A DNA stretch of 64,000 nucleotides, taken from assembly GCA_963780225.1 (NCBI GenBank), contig CAWAAX010000026.1, positions 96,001 through 160,000 on the forward strand. Direction: 5' to 3'. The notes under the pieces were generated by a model. That model was not told the origin of the DNA. It saw only the letters and a program-made list of their open reading frames with translations, and ran no database searches. The DNA comes from an uncultured bacterium (GTDB taxonomy: Bacteria > Edwardsbacteria > AC1 > EtOH8). A program made the translations under genes and the position numbers. Below are positions 46,879 to 57,495 of the stretch, in pieces. Position 1 is the stretch's first letter. Each line of letters begins with the position of its first letter.

Positions 46879-46997
46879 CCGGAAAAATCAACAGGATCTT
46901 TTTTGGAAAGCCGCCCAGCAAGGATGGGCGGCTTGTTCTTTTCCGGCAATCGGAGAGCTGTTCCGGGTAAAGCCTGTTATTCATTCGCAAATTTCAA

Positions 46998-47127
46998 ATT
47001 GCCACGAGCTTTAGCTCGTGGGTTAGGATCAGGAAAATATTCTTCGGGTTTTTAACCCCCTAACTTTATGGGCTAAAGCCCATATCTTTCTAGTTTTTCA
47101 TTGCCACGGTCTAAAGACCGTGGCAAT
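46998..47127. repeat. Composite four-hairpin REP/MITE-like element
   Basis: ATTGCCAC..GTGGCAAT termini; hairpins CCACGAGC/GCTCGTGG, GGGT/ACCC, GGGC/GCCC and GCCACGGTC/GACCGTGGC. Confidence 0.75.
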
Positions 47128-47300
47128 GTTGTCCCGAATTCTTGCCAATCATATAGTTTTCAAGCCATTCCCTCCGGCTACCTGAATCTAAGAAACCGGA
47201 ATCATGGGTTGATTTTACCGGCAAAATATGATAAAATGATATGTTTTAGTAAGCTTTCGAAAATCGAAAAATATACAAATAAAATCAGGAGGTAGCCGCC

Positions 47301-48638
47301 ATGTCTTCCCCCAAAAGACCGATCTTTAAAACCGCCCTGCCGGGACCCAAAGCCAAGGCCATCGTCAAGCGGGACCAATGTTCACTTTCGCCCTCCTACA
47401 CCCGCGACTATCCGGCGGTGATCGACCGGGGCCAGGGGGTCTGGCTGACCGACGTGGACGGCAATGTGATGCTGGACTTTTGCGCCGGGATAGCGGTCAA
47501 CTCCACCGGCCACAGCCACCCCAAGGTGGTGGAGGCCATCAAGCGCCAGGCCGAAAAGTTCATCCATTATTCCGGAACCGATTTCTATTACGAGCCCGAA
47601 GTGGCCCTGGCCGAGCGGCTCAATTCCATCTCGCCCACCGGCAAGGACAACCGGGTGTTCTTCTGCAACTCCGGGGCCGAGGCGGTCGAGGGCGCGCTTA
47701 AGCTGGCCCGCTACCACACCGGCCGGCCCCAGTTCATCTCCTTCATCGGGGCCTTCCACGGACGGACCATGGGGGCGGTCTCCTGCACCGGCTCCAAGCC
47801 CACCCAGAAGAAGGGGTTCTTTCCCACCATGCCCGGGGTTACCCACGTTCCCTACCCCAACTGTTATCACTGCGTATTCAACAAGACCTATCCCGGCTGC
47901 AGCCTGGAATGCGTCAAATACATAGAGAACACCGTCCTTAAGACCTTCCTGCCCCCGGAGGAAGTGGCCGGGCTGATTATCGAGCCCATCCAGGGCGAGG
48001 GCGGATACGTGGTACCGCCGGTGGCGGCCATGCAGGCCATCCGCAAGCTGTGCGACAAGCACGGGATCCTTCTGATAGCCGACGAGATCCAGTCAGGCAT
48101 GGGCCGGACCGGAAAATGGTTCGCCGTCGAGCACTGCAAGGTCAGGCCGGACATCATCACCGTGGCCAAGGGCATAGCCAGCGGCATGCCGATGGGGGCC
48201 ATCATCGCCTCGGCCGCAGTGATGAACTGGAAACCGGGCAGCCACGGCAACACCTTCAGCGGGAACCCGGTCTGCTGCGCCGCCGGCATCGCCACCTTCG
48301 ATCTGATCCAGGGCGGCCTGATGAAGAACGCCACCACCGTCGGCGCTTACATGATGGCCGAGTTCAAGAAGATGCAGAAAAAATACGACATCATCGGCGA
48401 CGTGCGGGGCCAGGGCCTGATGATAGGGGTGGAGATGGTGGAAAGCAAGAAGACCAAGGTCAAGTCCCACGACAAAATGGAGGCCGTCATCCAGCTGGCC
48501 TTCACCAAAGGACTGCTGATGCTGGGCTGCGGCACCAACACCCTCAGGATCTGCCCGCCCCTGGTGATCACCAAAGAAGAGGCCAAGGTGGGGATGGAGA
48601 TCATGGAACAGTGCATCAAGAAAGTGGCCGGGAAATAA
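47301..48638 (+). CDS. Class III PLP aminotransferase (4-aminobutyrate/acetylornithine-like)
   Basis: NSGAEA, FHGRT, EPIQGEGG, DEIQSG.GRTG, AKG and HGNTF motifs; promoter TTGATT-17-TAAAAT at 47209-47237. Confidence 0.88.
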   Translation: MSSPKRPIFKTALPGPKAKAIVKRDQCSLSPSYTRDYPAVIDRGQGVWLTDVDGNVMLDFCAGIAVNSTGHSHPKVVEAIKRQAEKFIHYSGTDFYYEPEVALAERLNSISPTGKDNRVFFCNSGAEAVEGALKLARYHTGRPQFISFIGAFHGRTMGAVSCTGSKPTQKKGFFPTMPGVTHVPYPNCYHCVFNKTYPGCSLECVKYIENTVLKTFLPPEEVAGLIIEPIQGEGGYVVPPVAAMQAIRKLCDKHGILLIADEIQSGMGRTGKWFAVEHCKVRPDIITVAKGIASGMPMGAIIASAAVMNWKPGSHGNTFSGNPVCCAAGIATFDLIQGGLMKNATTVGAYMMAEFKKMQKKYDIIGDVRGQGLMIGVEMVESKKTKVKSHDKMEAVIQLAFTKGLLMLGCGTNTLRICPPLVITKEEAKVGMEIMEQCIKKVAGK

Positions 48639-48804
48639 CTCGCCACAGAGACACGGAGACACAGAGGATAATTATTCTATAGTGTCTACAATTAGTTTAG
48701 CCGAATTGAAATAATTCCGTGTTTTTAAATTTCCGTGTTTCAGTGGTATGGCACCAGGAAGAACCTATCAGTCATAATAATCATATAAATATAGGAGCGG
48801 CGAT

Positions 48805-50037
48805 ATGTCCAAAAGCAAGGATATGATCCGGATGACCGAGAAATACGGAGCCCACAATTACCATCCGCTGCCGGTGGTGATCAGCAAGGCCCAGGGGATC
48901 TGGGTCTGGGACGTGGAAGGAAAGAAATATTTAGACATGCTTTCCGCCTATTCGGCGGTTAACCAGGGGCACCGGCACCCGGCCATCATCAAGGCTATGG
49001 TCAAGCAGGCCGGCCGCCTGACCCTGACCAGCCGGGCCTTTCACAACGACCAGCTGGGGCCGTTCCTGAGGAAGCTCTGCCAGTTTTCCCAGATGGAAGC
49101 AGCCCTACCCATGAACACCGGGGCCGAGGCGGTGGAGACTGCCATCAAGCTGGCCCGCAAATGGGGCTACGAAAAGAAGAAGATCACCCGGAACCAGGCC
49201 GAGATCATAGTCTGCGCCGAGAACTTCCACGGACGGACCACCACCATCGTGGGCTTCTCCACCGATCCCGACGCCTACGAGGGCTTCGGGCCGGCCACCC
49301 CGGGCTTCAAGATAGTCCCCTACAACAGCCCCGAGGAGATGGAGAAGGCCATCACCCTTAATACCGTGGCCTTCATGGTAGAGCCGGTCCAGGGCGAGGC
49401 CGGGGTCATCGTTCCCGATAAGGGCTACCTGACCAAGTGCAAGGAGATCTGCCGCCGCCACAACATCCTGTTCATCCTGGACGAGGTCCAGACCGGGTTC
49501 TGCCGCACCGGCAAGCCCTTCTGCTGGCAGCACGAGAACGCCAAGCCGGATGTGATGATCGTGGGCAAGGCTTTGGGCGGGGGGATCTACCCTGTCTCGG
49601 CGGTGCTGACCCGCTGGAACGTGATGGACGTGATCAAGCCCGGCCAGCACGGCAGCACCTTCGGCGGCAACCCGCTGGCCTGCGCCATCGGCAGCGCGGC
49701 CCTGGACGTTTTGAAAAAACAGGCTTTGGACAAGAAGGCCCGGGAGATGGGAGATTATTTCCGCAAGCAGATCCGTGGCCTAAAGACCAATAAAATCAAA
49801 GAGGTCCGCGGCCTGGGCCTGTTGACCGGGGTGGAGCTGAAGGTCGAGGCCGGCAAGGCCCGCCCCTACTGCGAACGGATGATGAAGCTGGGGATGCTGG
49901 CCAAGGACACCCACTCCCAGACCATCCGCTTTGCCCCGCCGCTGGTGATCACCAAGAAGGAAGTGGACTGGGCCGTCAAGCTGATAGCCAAGGCGCTGGA
50001 GCTGGACGTGCCGGTAAGCAAGAACGAAGCGCACTGA
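48805..50037 (+). CDS. rocD: Ornithine--oxo-acid aminotransferase
   Basis: AHNYHPLPVV, LSAYSAVNQGH, LTSRAF, PMNTGAEAVE and HGSTFGGNPL motifs. Confidence 0.93.
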   Translation: MSKSKDMIRMTEKYGAHNYHPLPVVISKAQGIWVWDVEGKKYLDMLSAYSAVNQGHRHPAIIKAMVKQAGRLTLTSRAFHNDQLGPFLRKLCQFSQMEAALPMNTGAEAVETAIKLARKWGYEKKKITRNQAEIIVCAENFHGRTTTIVGFSTDPDAYEGFGPATPGFKIVPYNSPEEMEKAITLNTVAFMVEPVQGEAGVIVPDKGYLTKCKEICRRHNILFILDEVQTGFCRTGKPFCWQHENAKPDVMIVGKALGGGIYPVSAVLTRWNVMDVIKPGQHGSTFGGNPLACAIGSAALDVLKKQALDKKAREMGDYFRKQIRGLKTNKIKEVRGLGLLTGVELKVEAGKARPYCERMMKLGMLAKDTHSQTIRFAPPLVITKKEVDWAVKLIAKALELDVPVSKNEAH

Positions 50038-50055
50038 ACTTGGTTGACTAAATAA

Positions 50056-50137
50056 AAGGCCGTTCCCAAATTGTTGGGAACGGTCTTTCTCTTTTGCGAA
50101 AAAATAGAAACTGCTATTAAAGGGCAGTTTCTATTTT
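50056..50137. terminator. Two tandem hairpins between convergent rocD and XRE genes
   Basis: CCGTTCCCAA/TTGGGAACGG and AAATAGAAACTGC/GCAGTTTCTATTT stems. Confidence 0.7.
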
Positions 50138-50502
50138 TTATTGGTTTTAAACCATTTAATTATCGAGGCGATGAACTCGTCTATCAGGCGGGTTGACGGC
50201 GTATCTAATTTATCCAACCGGCCGGTGATGCGGTGGACGACTATTTCTTTTTCGGTGGCCGGTTTGCCGCCGGGCAGGGTTATTAGTTCAGTGACCCCCA
50301 TGCCCATTGCCGAGGCTATTTTTTCCGCGGTTTTCAGCGAGGGATTGAACACGCCGCGTTCCAGGGCACCGATCGTGGTATAGTCCAACCCGGACCGTTC
50401 GGCCAGTTGTTCCTGGGTCAGGCCCCGGGCTTTTCGCAGTTCGCGGATGCGCTTTCCTATCAGTTGCTTTTGGTTTGGCATTGTTCTGCTCACTTTCACC
50501 AT
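50131..50502 (-). CDS. XRE-family HTH regulator
   Basis: IRELRKARGLTQEQLAE..IGALERG..NPSL; start may be at 50481. Confidence 0.9.
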   Translation of the reverse strand: MVKVSRTMPNQKQLIGKRIRELRKARGLTQEQLAERSGLDYTTIGALERGVFNPSLKTAEKIASAMGMGVTELITLPGGKPATEKEIVVHRITGRLDKLDTPSTRLIDEFIASIIKWFKTNKK

Positions 50503-50666
50503 TTTGTGATTATAAATGAAAAGAGCATTAAATCGTGAATGTTCCCCTTAGGTCAATATAAACACGGTTTTCATTGTTTGTCAATCCCGGTGCATGAAAA
50601 TATATTTTATACCTGGCCGGTCTAAATCGGAGCATTAAAAATATCATATAAAACACATTATTTTGC

Positions 50667-50695
50667 TTGACACAATAAGATTATTATCGTATTAT
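50667..50695 (+). promoter_or_regulatory. Probable promoter of the large surface protein
   Basis: TTGACA-17nt-TATTAT. Confidence 0.6.
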
Positions 50696-50835
50696 CATAA
50701 ACAATTGTTTTAGATAAAATACAGGGTTTCGGAATTCAATAATAGTGAATACAACATTTTAAAGCAAATTTTAACAATTATAAAGCTTTTTAATGGAAAC
50801 CCTAAACAAAACAGCATATCTTGGCATAACATTTG

Positions 50836-50885
50836 CCAGACCAGACCAGACCAGACCAGACCAGACCAGACCAGACCAGACCAGA
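50836..50885. repeat. Simple sequence repeat (CCAGA)x10
   Basis: Ten perfect pentamers, counted directly. Confidence 0.97.
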
Positions 50886-51024
50886 ATACCACCCCTTATA
50901 TAAAAAAGTGGGTGGTGTGAATGTCAAGGCTTCGAACTTTTCTGAAAAGGAAAGGGCGGGGCCTTTTTCGTTTGGATGTTTTATTTATTTAACAAAATCA
51001 ATAAAAGCAAATAAGGGAGGGAAC

Positions 51025-54000
51025 ATGTACGGAAAAAGTTTTCAGGTAAAAAGCAAAGCTGTATTGCTATTACTCCTTGCTGGTTTCTTTTTTTATGACG
51101 CAGCAGCATTGGCCGAAACAAACACTCCGTCTATTGTTATTGACGGTCCCGTTATTCTACCGCCAGAAGTACAAGCAAAAACAGATGAAGATAGCGCATA
51201 TTATGGTGAAGCAACTTCACCAAAAGGTTCAGGTTATATCAGCAATATATATGGATATTACTTTACGGCCGCACCATATAATAATCGAGGCACGTATGTA
51301 TCTGGCACAAATCTTTATGTACAGGCACCATACCCTGGGGTAGCACTTACCTATTATTATCACGGTGTTGAAGTAACAGCAACTACGGCCGGCAAGTATT
51401 ATCTAAATATTTCTTCTGAACCGGCTCTTCCATGGAACCCTTTTATGACCATACCCTCAGGAGTACCTATTAATGAATCAGCCCATTATGACATGGTTGC
51501 CAACGAAAAACGTGTAATCGGACTATTTTGGATATACCCACAGTATACAAATTATGGCGGGGCAATAAGCATTGAACTTAAAGAAGATGTGCTTCTTCTT
51601 GACCCCGTGTTGCAAACTAAAACATATTATTGTAACTCAGATGCTGATTTGCCGACAAGCTCAGTAGTACCATTGACAATTAACAGAACTGATACTGTAT
51701 TTACGGTTTCTTGGAGCGGTTCAGATGGGACCGCATCTGGCAATTCAGGTTTATGGAAATATGATGTTCAATATAAAATTGATGGTGGTGCCTGGACGGA
51801 TTGGAAGGTAGGGGTTACAACAACATCGTCCAGTTTCACAGCAAGGACCGGGCACACCTATTATTTCCAATCGCGGGCTTACGACCATGTTGGCAACGTA
51901 GAATTATACCCTGGTGGTAATGGCGATACATACACCATTATTCCAACATTATATAATGTTAACTTCACTACTTATACTACCGGCACTACATCTGGTTTGC
52001 AAATAAAAATAGATGGTGTTGCAAAAACAGCGCCATTTACAGAAAAATGGTTCAGCGGCGCTACCCATTCAATAGAAGCATTTACACAAAGCGGCGGGAC
52101 CGGCAAACAATATACATTTATGTTGTGGAAGAAAGACGGTGCGTTTCAATCAACTTGGAATTCAATAGTTAGTACTTCAGTTACGGCCAACACAAACATT
52201 GAATGTGATTATTATACTGAATATCAATTAACAATGGTAAAGGGTACGGGCTGCGCCACAACTACACCTACAGCTGGTACCTCATGGCAGAGAGACAATG
52301 TTGGTGTGCCAATTAATGCCACCGCTTCAACAGGGTATAATTGGAGTAACTGGTCTGGTTCAGGGACAGGTTCATACACAGGCACAACACAATCAAATAC
52401 AATATACTTAGGAGGGCCGGTTACACAAACTGCTAATTTTGTGGCACCTCTTGTATCAATTACCGTTACTACCAACCCCGCCGGAAGGTCTATAATAGTT
52501 GATGGAACGACTTATACCGCCCCGCAAACTTTTAGCTGGACCTCTGGTTCATCGCATACTATAAACACAACATCACCTCAAGCCGGGACAACCGGGACAC
52601 AGTATGTTTATTCCAGTTGGAGCGATGCTGGCGCACAGTCACATACTGTGACACCCACCAGTAATACCACCTATACCTGCAACTTTACCACCCAATATTA
52701 CTTAACAATGGTTGCCGGAACTGGCGGCACGGTAAGCCCCGCCAGCGGGTGGAAAAACGCAGCGGCTACGCAAGCCATCAGTGCCACGGCAAATACCGGT
52801 TATACGTTTAGCAGTTGGACTGGAAGTGGCACGGGGTCATATACCGGAACAACGAATGCAACAAACATAACCATGAACGGTCCGATAACTGAATCGGCAA
52901 GCTTTACGGTAAATGGTGTGTTGACTATATCTTTCAACGGTAACCCAACTGGCAGGACAATCATTGTAGACGGGACAACGTATACTACCCCATGGTCAAC
53001 TACTGCCTGGACCGCTGGATCCACGCATACTATTAACACAACATCACCTCAAGCCGGGACAACCGGGACACAGTATGTTTATTCCAGCTGGAGCGATGGC
53101 GGTGCTCAGTCGCACACAATAACGACACCAGCGAGTAATACCACCTATACCTGCAACTTTACCACCCAATATTACTTAACAATGGTTCCCGGAACTGGCG
53201 GTACGGTAAGCCCGGCCAGCGGGTGGAAAAACGCGGCAGCTACGCAGGCCATCAGTGCCACGGCAAATACTGGTTATACTTTTAGCAGTTGGACAGGTAG
53301 CGGCACGGGGTCGTATACCGGGACTACGAATTCAACAAATATAACCATTAACGGGCCAATAACTGAGACGGCGAACTTTACTATGGGGACTGGCGATCCC
53401 TATGAGCCAAATGATACTTACACCGGAGCCTACCACATATATTATGGGGATTCGCTAACCGCTTGTGTAATAGATCCCGAGGCGGATTATGATTGGTTCT
53501 ACTTTGATGGGGCAGCAGGTGACAGTGTTCAAATGACAGCCTATGCATACAACATTTTGGCCGGCTCAACATTAGATTCTTACATTGCACTATATGCATC
53601 TGATGGCACGACCTATATTACAGGTAACGATGATTGGCCCGGACTCTATTATAGTTCACGGATTGAATATGTTTTAAGCCTAAGTGGCAGGTACTATATA
53701 AAGGTTAGCCAACTTGGTTATAAAGGTTCTAAAGGGCCAAGCACAAACAGCAAGGCCATAGTAGACAATTATAATTGTGTTGCTAATGTTTCTAATGATG
53801 CTCAAAGTTTAAGTAGCAAGGCCATAAAAATTAATTATCAATTTATCAATAAAGGTGTTCAAATAACAGACAGCAAAGCCATTGAAGACAACTATCACTT
53901 GGTGTTGAAAAAGTTAAATACCGGGGGGAGCGACCCATGGTCTTGGGATCAGTCTACCGACCCAACCTTGGTCGGCAACGCCTTCAGCGCCCAGAATTTT

Positions 54001-54783
54001 GAGACTGCCTATGACATCTACGACAGCTGGGGCGGTGATGATTTCTTTGTGTGGGGAGACTCGGCTATCGTAAAAAGCGTTAGTATTATAGGCTCCTACA
54101 GCGCCACAGGCCCCACAGACAGCCTTTATTTAGCCATAACTACCGATAGCTCTAACTACCCAGCCTTAAGCCATACGGTATGGTCTGGACACATCTTACC
54201 GGCCAACTACACGGACAATGCGGGTTCCTTTGTGATAAACCTGCCTAACTGGGCCCACCTGATGCCGGGCCATTACTGGTTCGTGATGCAGGCCATGATG
54301 AACTACGACCCAGCTGAACAATGGTATTGGGCAGTACGCGAGGTGGTGGCCGGAACCATTGAAGGTGCCCAGTTCAACCCCGGTAATGGTTTTGGCTTTG
54401 GCACCGATTGGATGTATCTTTCTTCCGTAGCAACATACGGGCAGCTAGACTTTCGGTTCGCCCTGAACGGCATCAATTATGGTACTGGGGTGGAAGGCCA
54501 ACCAACCGAAACCGATAAACCCAGGTCATCATTACTTCTGTCAAACTACCCCAACCCGGTGAAGAGTTCAACCACTTTTTCGTTCAACCTGCCCAAACCC
54601 GGTCCATACACCCTTAAGGTTTACAACATCTCTGGGCAATTGGTTTATAACCAAAGCGGCCAGGGCAAGGATGGCATTAACAATGTGCTTTGGAACGCTA
54701 ATAGAGCTTGCGCCGGGGTCTACTTCTACAACCTTAGTTGCGGGGGGCAGTCTGCCACTAAGAAACTGATTGTTGTAAAGTAA
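51025..54783 (+). CDS. Large secreted Thr-rich surface protein: FN3-like domain, InlB-B-like repeats, PPC-like domain, C-terminal FlgD-Ig/T9SS-like sorting domain
   Basis: GGAGG RBS before the ATG at 51025; internal repeat with about 471-474 nt period; DPYEPND; NYPNP..VYNISGQLV..GVYFY..KKLIVVK. Confidence 0.8.
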   Translation: MYGKSFQVKSKAVLLLLLAGFFFYDAAALAETNTPSIVIDGPVILPPEVQAKTDEDSAYYGEATSPKGSGYISNIYGYYFTAAPYNNRGTYVSGTNLYVQAPYPGVALTYYYHGVEVTATTAGKYYLNISSEPALPWNPFMTIPSGVPINESAHYDMVANEKRVIGLFWIYPQYTNYGGAISIELKEDVLLLDPVLQTKTYYCNSDADLPTSSVVPLTINRTDTVFTVSWSGSDGTASGNSGLWKYDVQYKIDGGAWTDWKVGVTTTSSSFTARTGHTYYFQSRAYDHVGNVELYPGGNGDTYTIIPTLYNVNFTTYTTGTTSGLQIKIDGVAKTAPFTEKWFSGATHSIEAFTQSGGTGKQYTFMLWKKDGAFQSTWNSIVSTSVTANTNIECDYYTEYQLTMVKGTGCATTTPTAGTSWQRDNVGVPINATASTGYNWSNWSGSGTGSYTGTTQSNTIYLGGPVTQTANFVAPLVSITVTTNPAGRSIIVDGTTYTAPQTFSWTSGSSHTINTTSPQAGTTGTQYVYSSWSDAGAQSHTVTPTSNTTYTCNFTTQYYLTMVAGTGGTVSPASGWKNAAATQAISATANTGYTFSSWTGSGTGSYTGTTNATNITMNGPITESASFTVNGVLTISFNGNPTGRTIIVDGTTYTTPWSTTAWTAGSTHTINTTSPQAGTTGTQYVYSSWSDGGAQSHTITTPASNTTYTCNFTTQYYLTMVPGTGGTVSPASGWKNAAATQAISATANTGYTFSSWTGSGTGSYTGTTNSTNITINGPITETANFTMGTGDPYEPNDTYTGAYHIYYGDSLTACVIDPEADYDWFYFDGAAGDSVQMTAYAYNILAGSTLDSYIALYASDGTTYITGNDDWPGLYYSSRIEYVLSLSGRYYIKVSQLGYKGSKGPSTNSKAIVDNYNCVANVSNDAQSLSSKAIKINYQFINKGVQITDSKAIEDNYHLVLKKLNTGGSDPWSWDQSTDPTLVGNAFSAQNFETAYDIYDSWGGDDFFVWGDSAIVKSVSIIGSYSATGPTDSLYLAITTDSSNYPALSHTVWSGHILPANYTDNAGSFVINLPNWAHLMPGHYWFVMQAMMNYDPAEQWYWAVREVVAGTIEGAQFNPGNGFGFGTDWMYLSSVATYGQLDFRFALNGINYGTGVEGQPTETDKPRSSLLLSNYPNPVKSSTTFSFNLPKPGPYTLKVYNISGQLVYNQSGQGKDGINNVLWNANRACAGVYFYNLSCGGQSATKKLIVVK

Positions 54784-54825
54784 ATAACAACACCATTCAG
54801 CAAAAACCTGCAAGCTAAACTCAAA

Positions 54826-54852
54826 AGAAGCCCCGCAAAAAGCGGGGCTTCT
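54826..54852 (+). terminator. Intrinsic terminator
   Basis: AGAAGCCCCGC/GCGGGGCTTCT hairpin. Confidence 0.8.
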
Positions 54853-54915
54853 TAGTTGACAATTTTACCTTGTTGGTTTAAAATAGATTTGTCAATTATC
54901 TTATTGAGGAGGGTT

Positions 54916-55611
54916 ATGATCAGCCGAATAAATATTACTATTTTGTTTGTTTTATTATTGTATTTCACAAATAGTGGTGCAACAATATCAAAAGCAATTG
55001 CCGACAGCACCGCAAATGCCCAGTATACCAGCCAATTTGGCACAAATTATGAAGCCAACGCATTATTCTACGACGGTTTTGGTTTTATAACGGCCAGCTG
55101 TCTGGCCCGGTCCGGCTTGGCCGCAGATGGCGGGTGCGGGTACAATTTAACCTACCCCTCTCTGGCCGTGACCACCACCAAAGAGACGGACACCCTTGCC
55201 GCTCTTGACGAGGGGAACAAGGTCTGCATATTGGATACCATGGCATTATCCGATATTTTGGCGGTGCAAACAAAAGTTATTGATTTTTTAGAGCAAAATG
55301 TTGAAGGCCCCGCCGGGGTTGAGAATTACGAAGAGGCAAAAACAATTAAATGGTCTGATCTAAAATTAAAAACGTGTGGCAATATAATAACCTATCAATT
55401 GCCACAAGGCGGGTCACTTCAATTAAAACTTTACAATCTTAATGGGCAGTTGGTCCGAATATTAGCGGACGGGGAAAGGGCGATTGGAACCCATCAAATA
55501 AGCTGGGATGGCCGGGATCAAGCCGGGCGGATGGTTTCCAGCGGAATTTACCTGGTAAAATTAACGGCAGGGCAACAACAGGCATCAGCCAAGCTGGTGT
55601 TTGTAAAATAA
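54916..55611 (+). CDS. Secreted protein with FlgD-Ig C-terminal domain
   Basis: YNLNGQLVR..WDGRDQAGRMVSSGIY; GAGGAGG RBS; promoter TTGACA-17-TAAAAT at 54856-54884. Confidence 0.75.
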   Translation: MISRINITILFVLLLYFTNSGATISKAIADSTANAQYTSQFGTNYEANALFYDGFGFITASCLARSGLAADGGCGYNLTYPSLAVTTTKETDTLAALDEGNKVCILDTMALSDILAVQTKVIDFLEQNVEGPAGVENYEEAKTIKWSDLKLKTCGNIITYQLPQGGSLQLKLYNLNGQLVRILADGERAIGTHQISWDGRDQAGRMVSSGIYLVKLTAGQQQASAKLVFVK

Positions 55612-55627
55612 ATGTGTTGTGGTGTTG

Positions 55628-55656
55628 AAAAGAGAAGCCTTTCAGGCTTCTCTTTT
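55628..55656 (+). terminator. Intrinsic terminator
   Basis: AAAAGAGAAGCCT/AGGCTTCTCTTTT hairpin. Confidence 0.85.
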
Positions 55657-55995
55657 TGTTGACGGGGCAAAATAATTATATTTATTGGTTGACTTAATCC
55701 AAAATATCAGTATACTTAAGGTCATGAGCCAATTAATTCCTTTTAGCTCATGCACATACCCCAAAAGTATTTCTATCCGCAGACTTCGGCGTGAGCTCAG
55801 TCGAACGCTTTCACAGATTTTCACAGATTATTTCTATTCACGTTAATATATTTAGGTACAAATATAATCTTTGCCATCATTCGGCTAACGCTCACGACAG
55901 CATCTGCGTTAATAGTTTGGTAACCACTCACTACAACGTCTGTGGATAAAGGTTCCTGAGAAAGTTAGATAATCATTAATTCCTTATTTCTGCTA

Positions 55996-56616
55996 ATGTC
56001 CACTCTTCAGCAATTGACTCCGGTCCAGCAGGACGCCTTAAAAGAGGTGTTCAACATCGGGTCGGGCCAGGCGGCCACCACCCTGGCCGAGGTGTTGGGG
56101 CTTAAGGTGATGGTCTCGGTTCCCATGATCGGCATCAAGCCGGTGGACGAAGTGCTGGACGCCCTGGCCAAGCCGGGCATCCCTGTCTTGAGCCTGGTCA
56201 ACATCTTCGCCGGGGACGTCTCCGGGGCCACGGTCTGGTTGATGCCGGGCGACAAGGCCCGCGATTTTGCCCAGCAGTGCTGGCAGCACATGCCTCAGGC
56301 CAGGAAGTCCTCTGAGTTCAACTTTGGTAAGATCCACCGCGAGATCTCGGAGATCATGACAGGCGCCTATCTCAACGCTATGGAGGATATGCTGTCTCTG
56401 ATGACAGTGCCCTCCACTCCGCTGATGCTTTCGGGTGTGATGAAGAACATTCTGGGAAAGATCCTGGCCGATCGGACCGAGGCCGGCCTGGTGGCCTACG
56501 TCCAAAACAAGTTCAGCTTCGGGGAGAAGGAGCACGGCTTTAGCGGATATTTCATGATGATGCCGGAAGCCGAATCGCTGAGAAAGATGCTGGAGATACT
56601 GAAGGTGGCGGAGTGA
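55996..56616 (+). CDS. cheC: CheC-family phosphatase
   Basis: DALKEVFNIGSGQAAT motif; second site degenerate (REISEI). Confidence 0.8.
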   Translation: MSTLQQLTPVQQDALKEVFNIGSGQAATTLAEVLGLKVMVSVPMIGIKPVDEVLDALAKPGIPVLSLVNIFAGDVSGATVWLMPGDKARDFAQQCWQHMPQARKSSEFNFGKIHREISEIMTGAYLNAMEDMLSLMTVPSTPLMLSGVMKNILGKILADRTEAGLVAYVQNKFSFGEKEHGFSGYFMMMPEAESLRKMLEILKVAE

Positions 56617-56800
56617 AAAGATTAATTAACCACAGAAAGCACAAAAGCCACAAAGGGATTTTTAAAAAAGGGCCCCGGGACTTGAAAAGGCCGGGGTTTT
56701 TGCGTGTTGTGTTGTGCCGATAAATGGGTATAAAATACATCAATATTGTAACCTATTCCCCGTTACATCCAAACAGCGGAAACGAAGGGGCGGTCTGGCC

Positions 56801-56847
56801 TTGACAAATAATTGTAATTACATTATAATTACATTGTAATTACAATG
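56801..56847 (+). promoter_or_regulatory. mazEF promoter with triple palindromic operator
   Basis: TTGACA-17nt-TATAAT overlapped by three T(G/A)TAATTACA units at an 11-nt period. Confidence 0.85.
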
Positions 56848-56859
56848 CAAGGAGAACAA

Positions 56860-57108
56860 ATGAAAGCCGAGATAATAACCATAGGGAATTCCAGGGGGAT
56901 CCGCATACCCAAACTGGTGCTGGAGCAATGCGGGATCAAGAAGGATATCACCCTGGAAATAGAGAATGACAGGATAGTGATCGCCCCGGCCAAAAGAAAA
57001 CCCCGGGCGGGCTGGGACCAGGCCTTCGGGCTGATGGGGCAGAACGGGGACGACGCCCTGCTGATAGACGACAAGATCGGCCTGGAGATGGAGCATTGGA
57101 AATGGTAG
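56860..57108 (+). CDS. mazE: AbrB/MazE-family antitoxin
   Basis: IGNSRGIRIPK motif; AAGGAG RBS. Confidence 0.9.
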   Translation: MKAEIITIGNSRGIRIPKLVLEQCGIKKDITLEIENDRIVIAPAKRKPRAGWDQAFGLMGQNGDDALLIDDKIGLEMEHWKW

Positions 57109-57425
57109 TTCGCCAGTACGATATATTTATGATCTCGCTGGACCCGGCCCGGGGCCACGAGATAAAAAAATCCCGGCCCTGCCTGGTGATCTCCCCGGAC
57201 GAGATGAACGGCAACATCTCCACGGTCATCATCGCCCCCATGACCACCGCCTCTCACCCCTATCCCAGCCGGGTGCCGCTCCAGTTCGCCGGCAAGCAGG
57301 GATGGGTGGTGCTGGACCAGCTGCGGACAGTGGACAAATTGCGGCTGGTCAAACGGCTGGGGGCGGCCGACGAGACGGTGATAAAAAAGGTAAAAGAAGT
57401 GATCAAGGAAATGCTGGTGGACTGA
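57102..57425 (+). CDS. mazF: PemK/MazF-family toxin
   Basis: LDP..GHEIKKSRPCLVIS, PMTT and DQLRTVDK.RL motifs; overlaps the antitoxin stop. Confidence 0.92.
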   Translation: MVVRQYDIFMISLDPARGHEIKKSRPCLVISPDEMNGNISTVIIAPMTTASHPYPSRVPLQFAGKQGWVVLDQLRTVDKLRLVKRLGAADETVIKKVKEVIKEMLVD

Positions 57426-57438
57426 ACCAAACAATGGT

Positions 57439-57487
57439 AACCTAACCCCCGCCCCTTCCCTCGAGGGAAGGGGAAAGGGGATGGGTT
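57439..57487. repeat. C-rich/G-rich hairpin directly upstream of the DUF559 gene
   Basis: CCCCTTCCCTCGAGGGAAGGGG perfect palindrome with flanking arms. Confidence 0.75.
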
Positions 57488-57495
57488 AAAAGGAA

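Noticed and set aside
50833..51024. N-terminal extension PDQTRPDQTR of the large surface protein
   Set aside because: It is the translation of the microsatellite; a strong RBS and signal peptide support the ATG at 51025.
52470..53385. Internal repeat as a DGR template/variable pair
   Set aside because: Both copies are in frame in one gene, differences are mostly third-position and not adenine-specific, and no reverse transcriptase is in the window.
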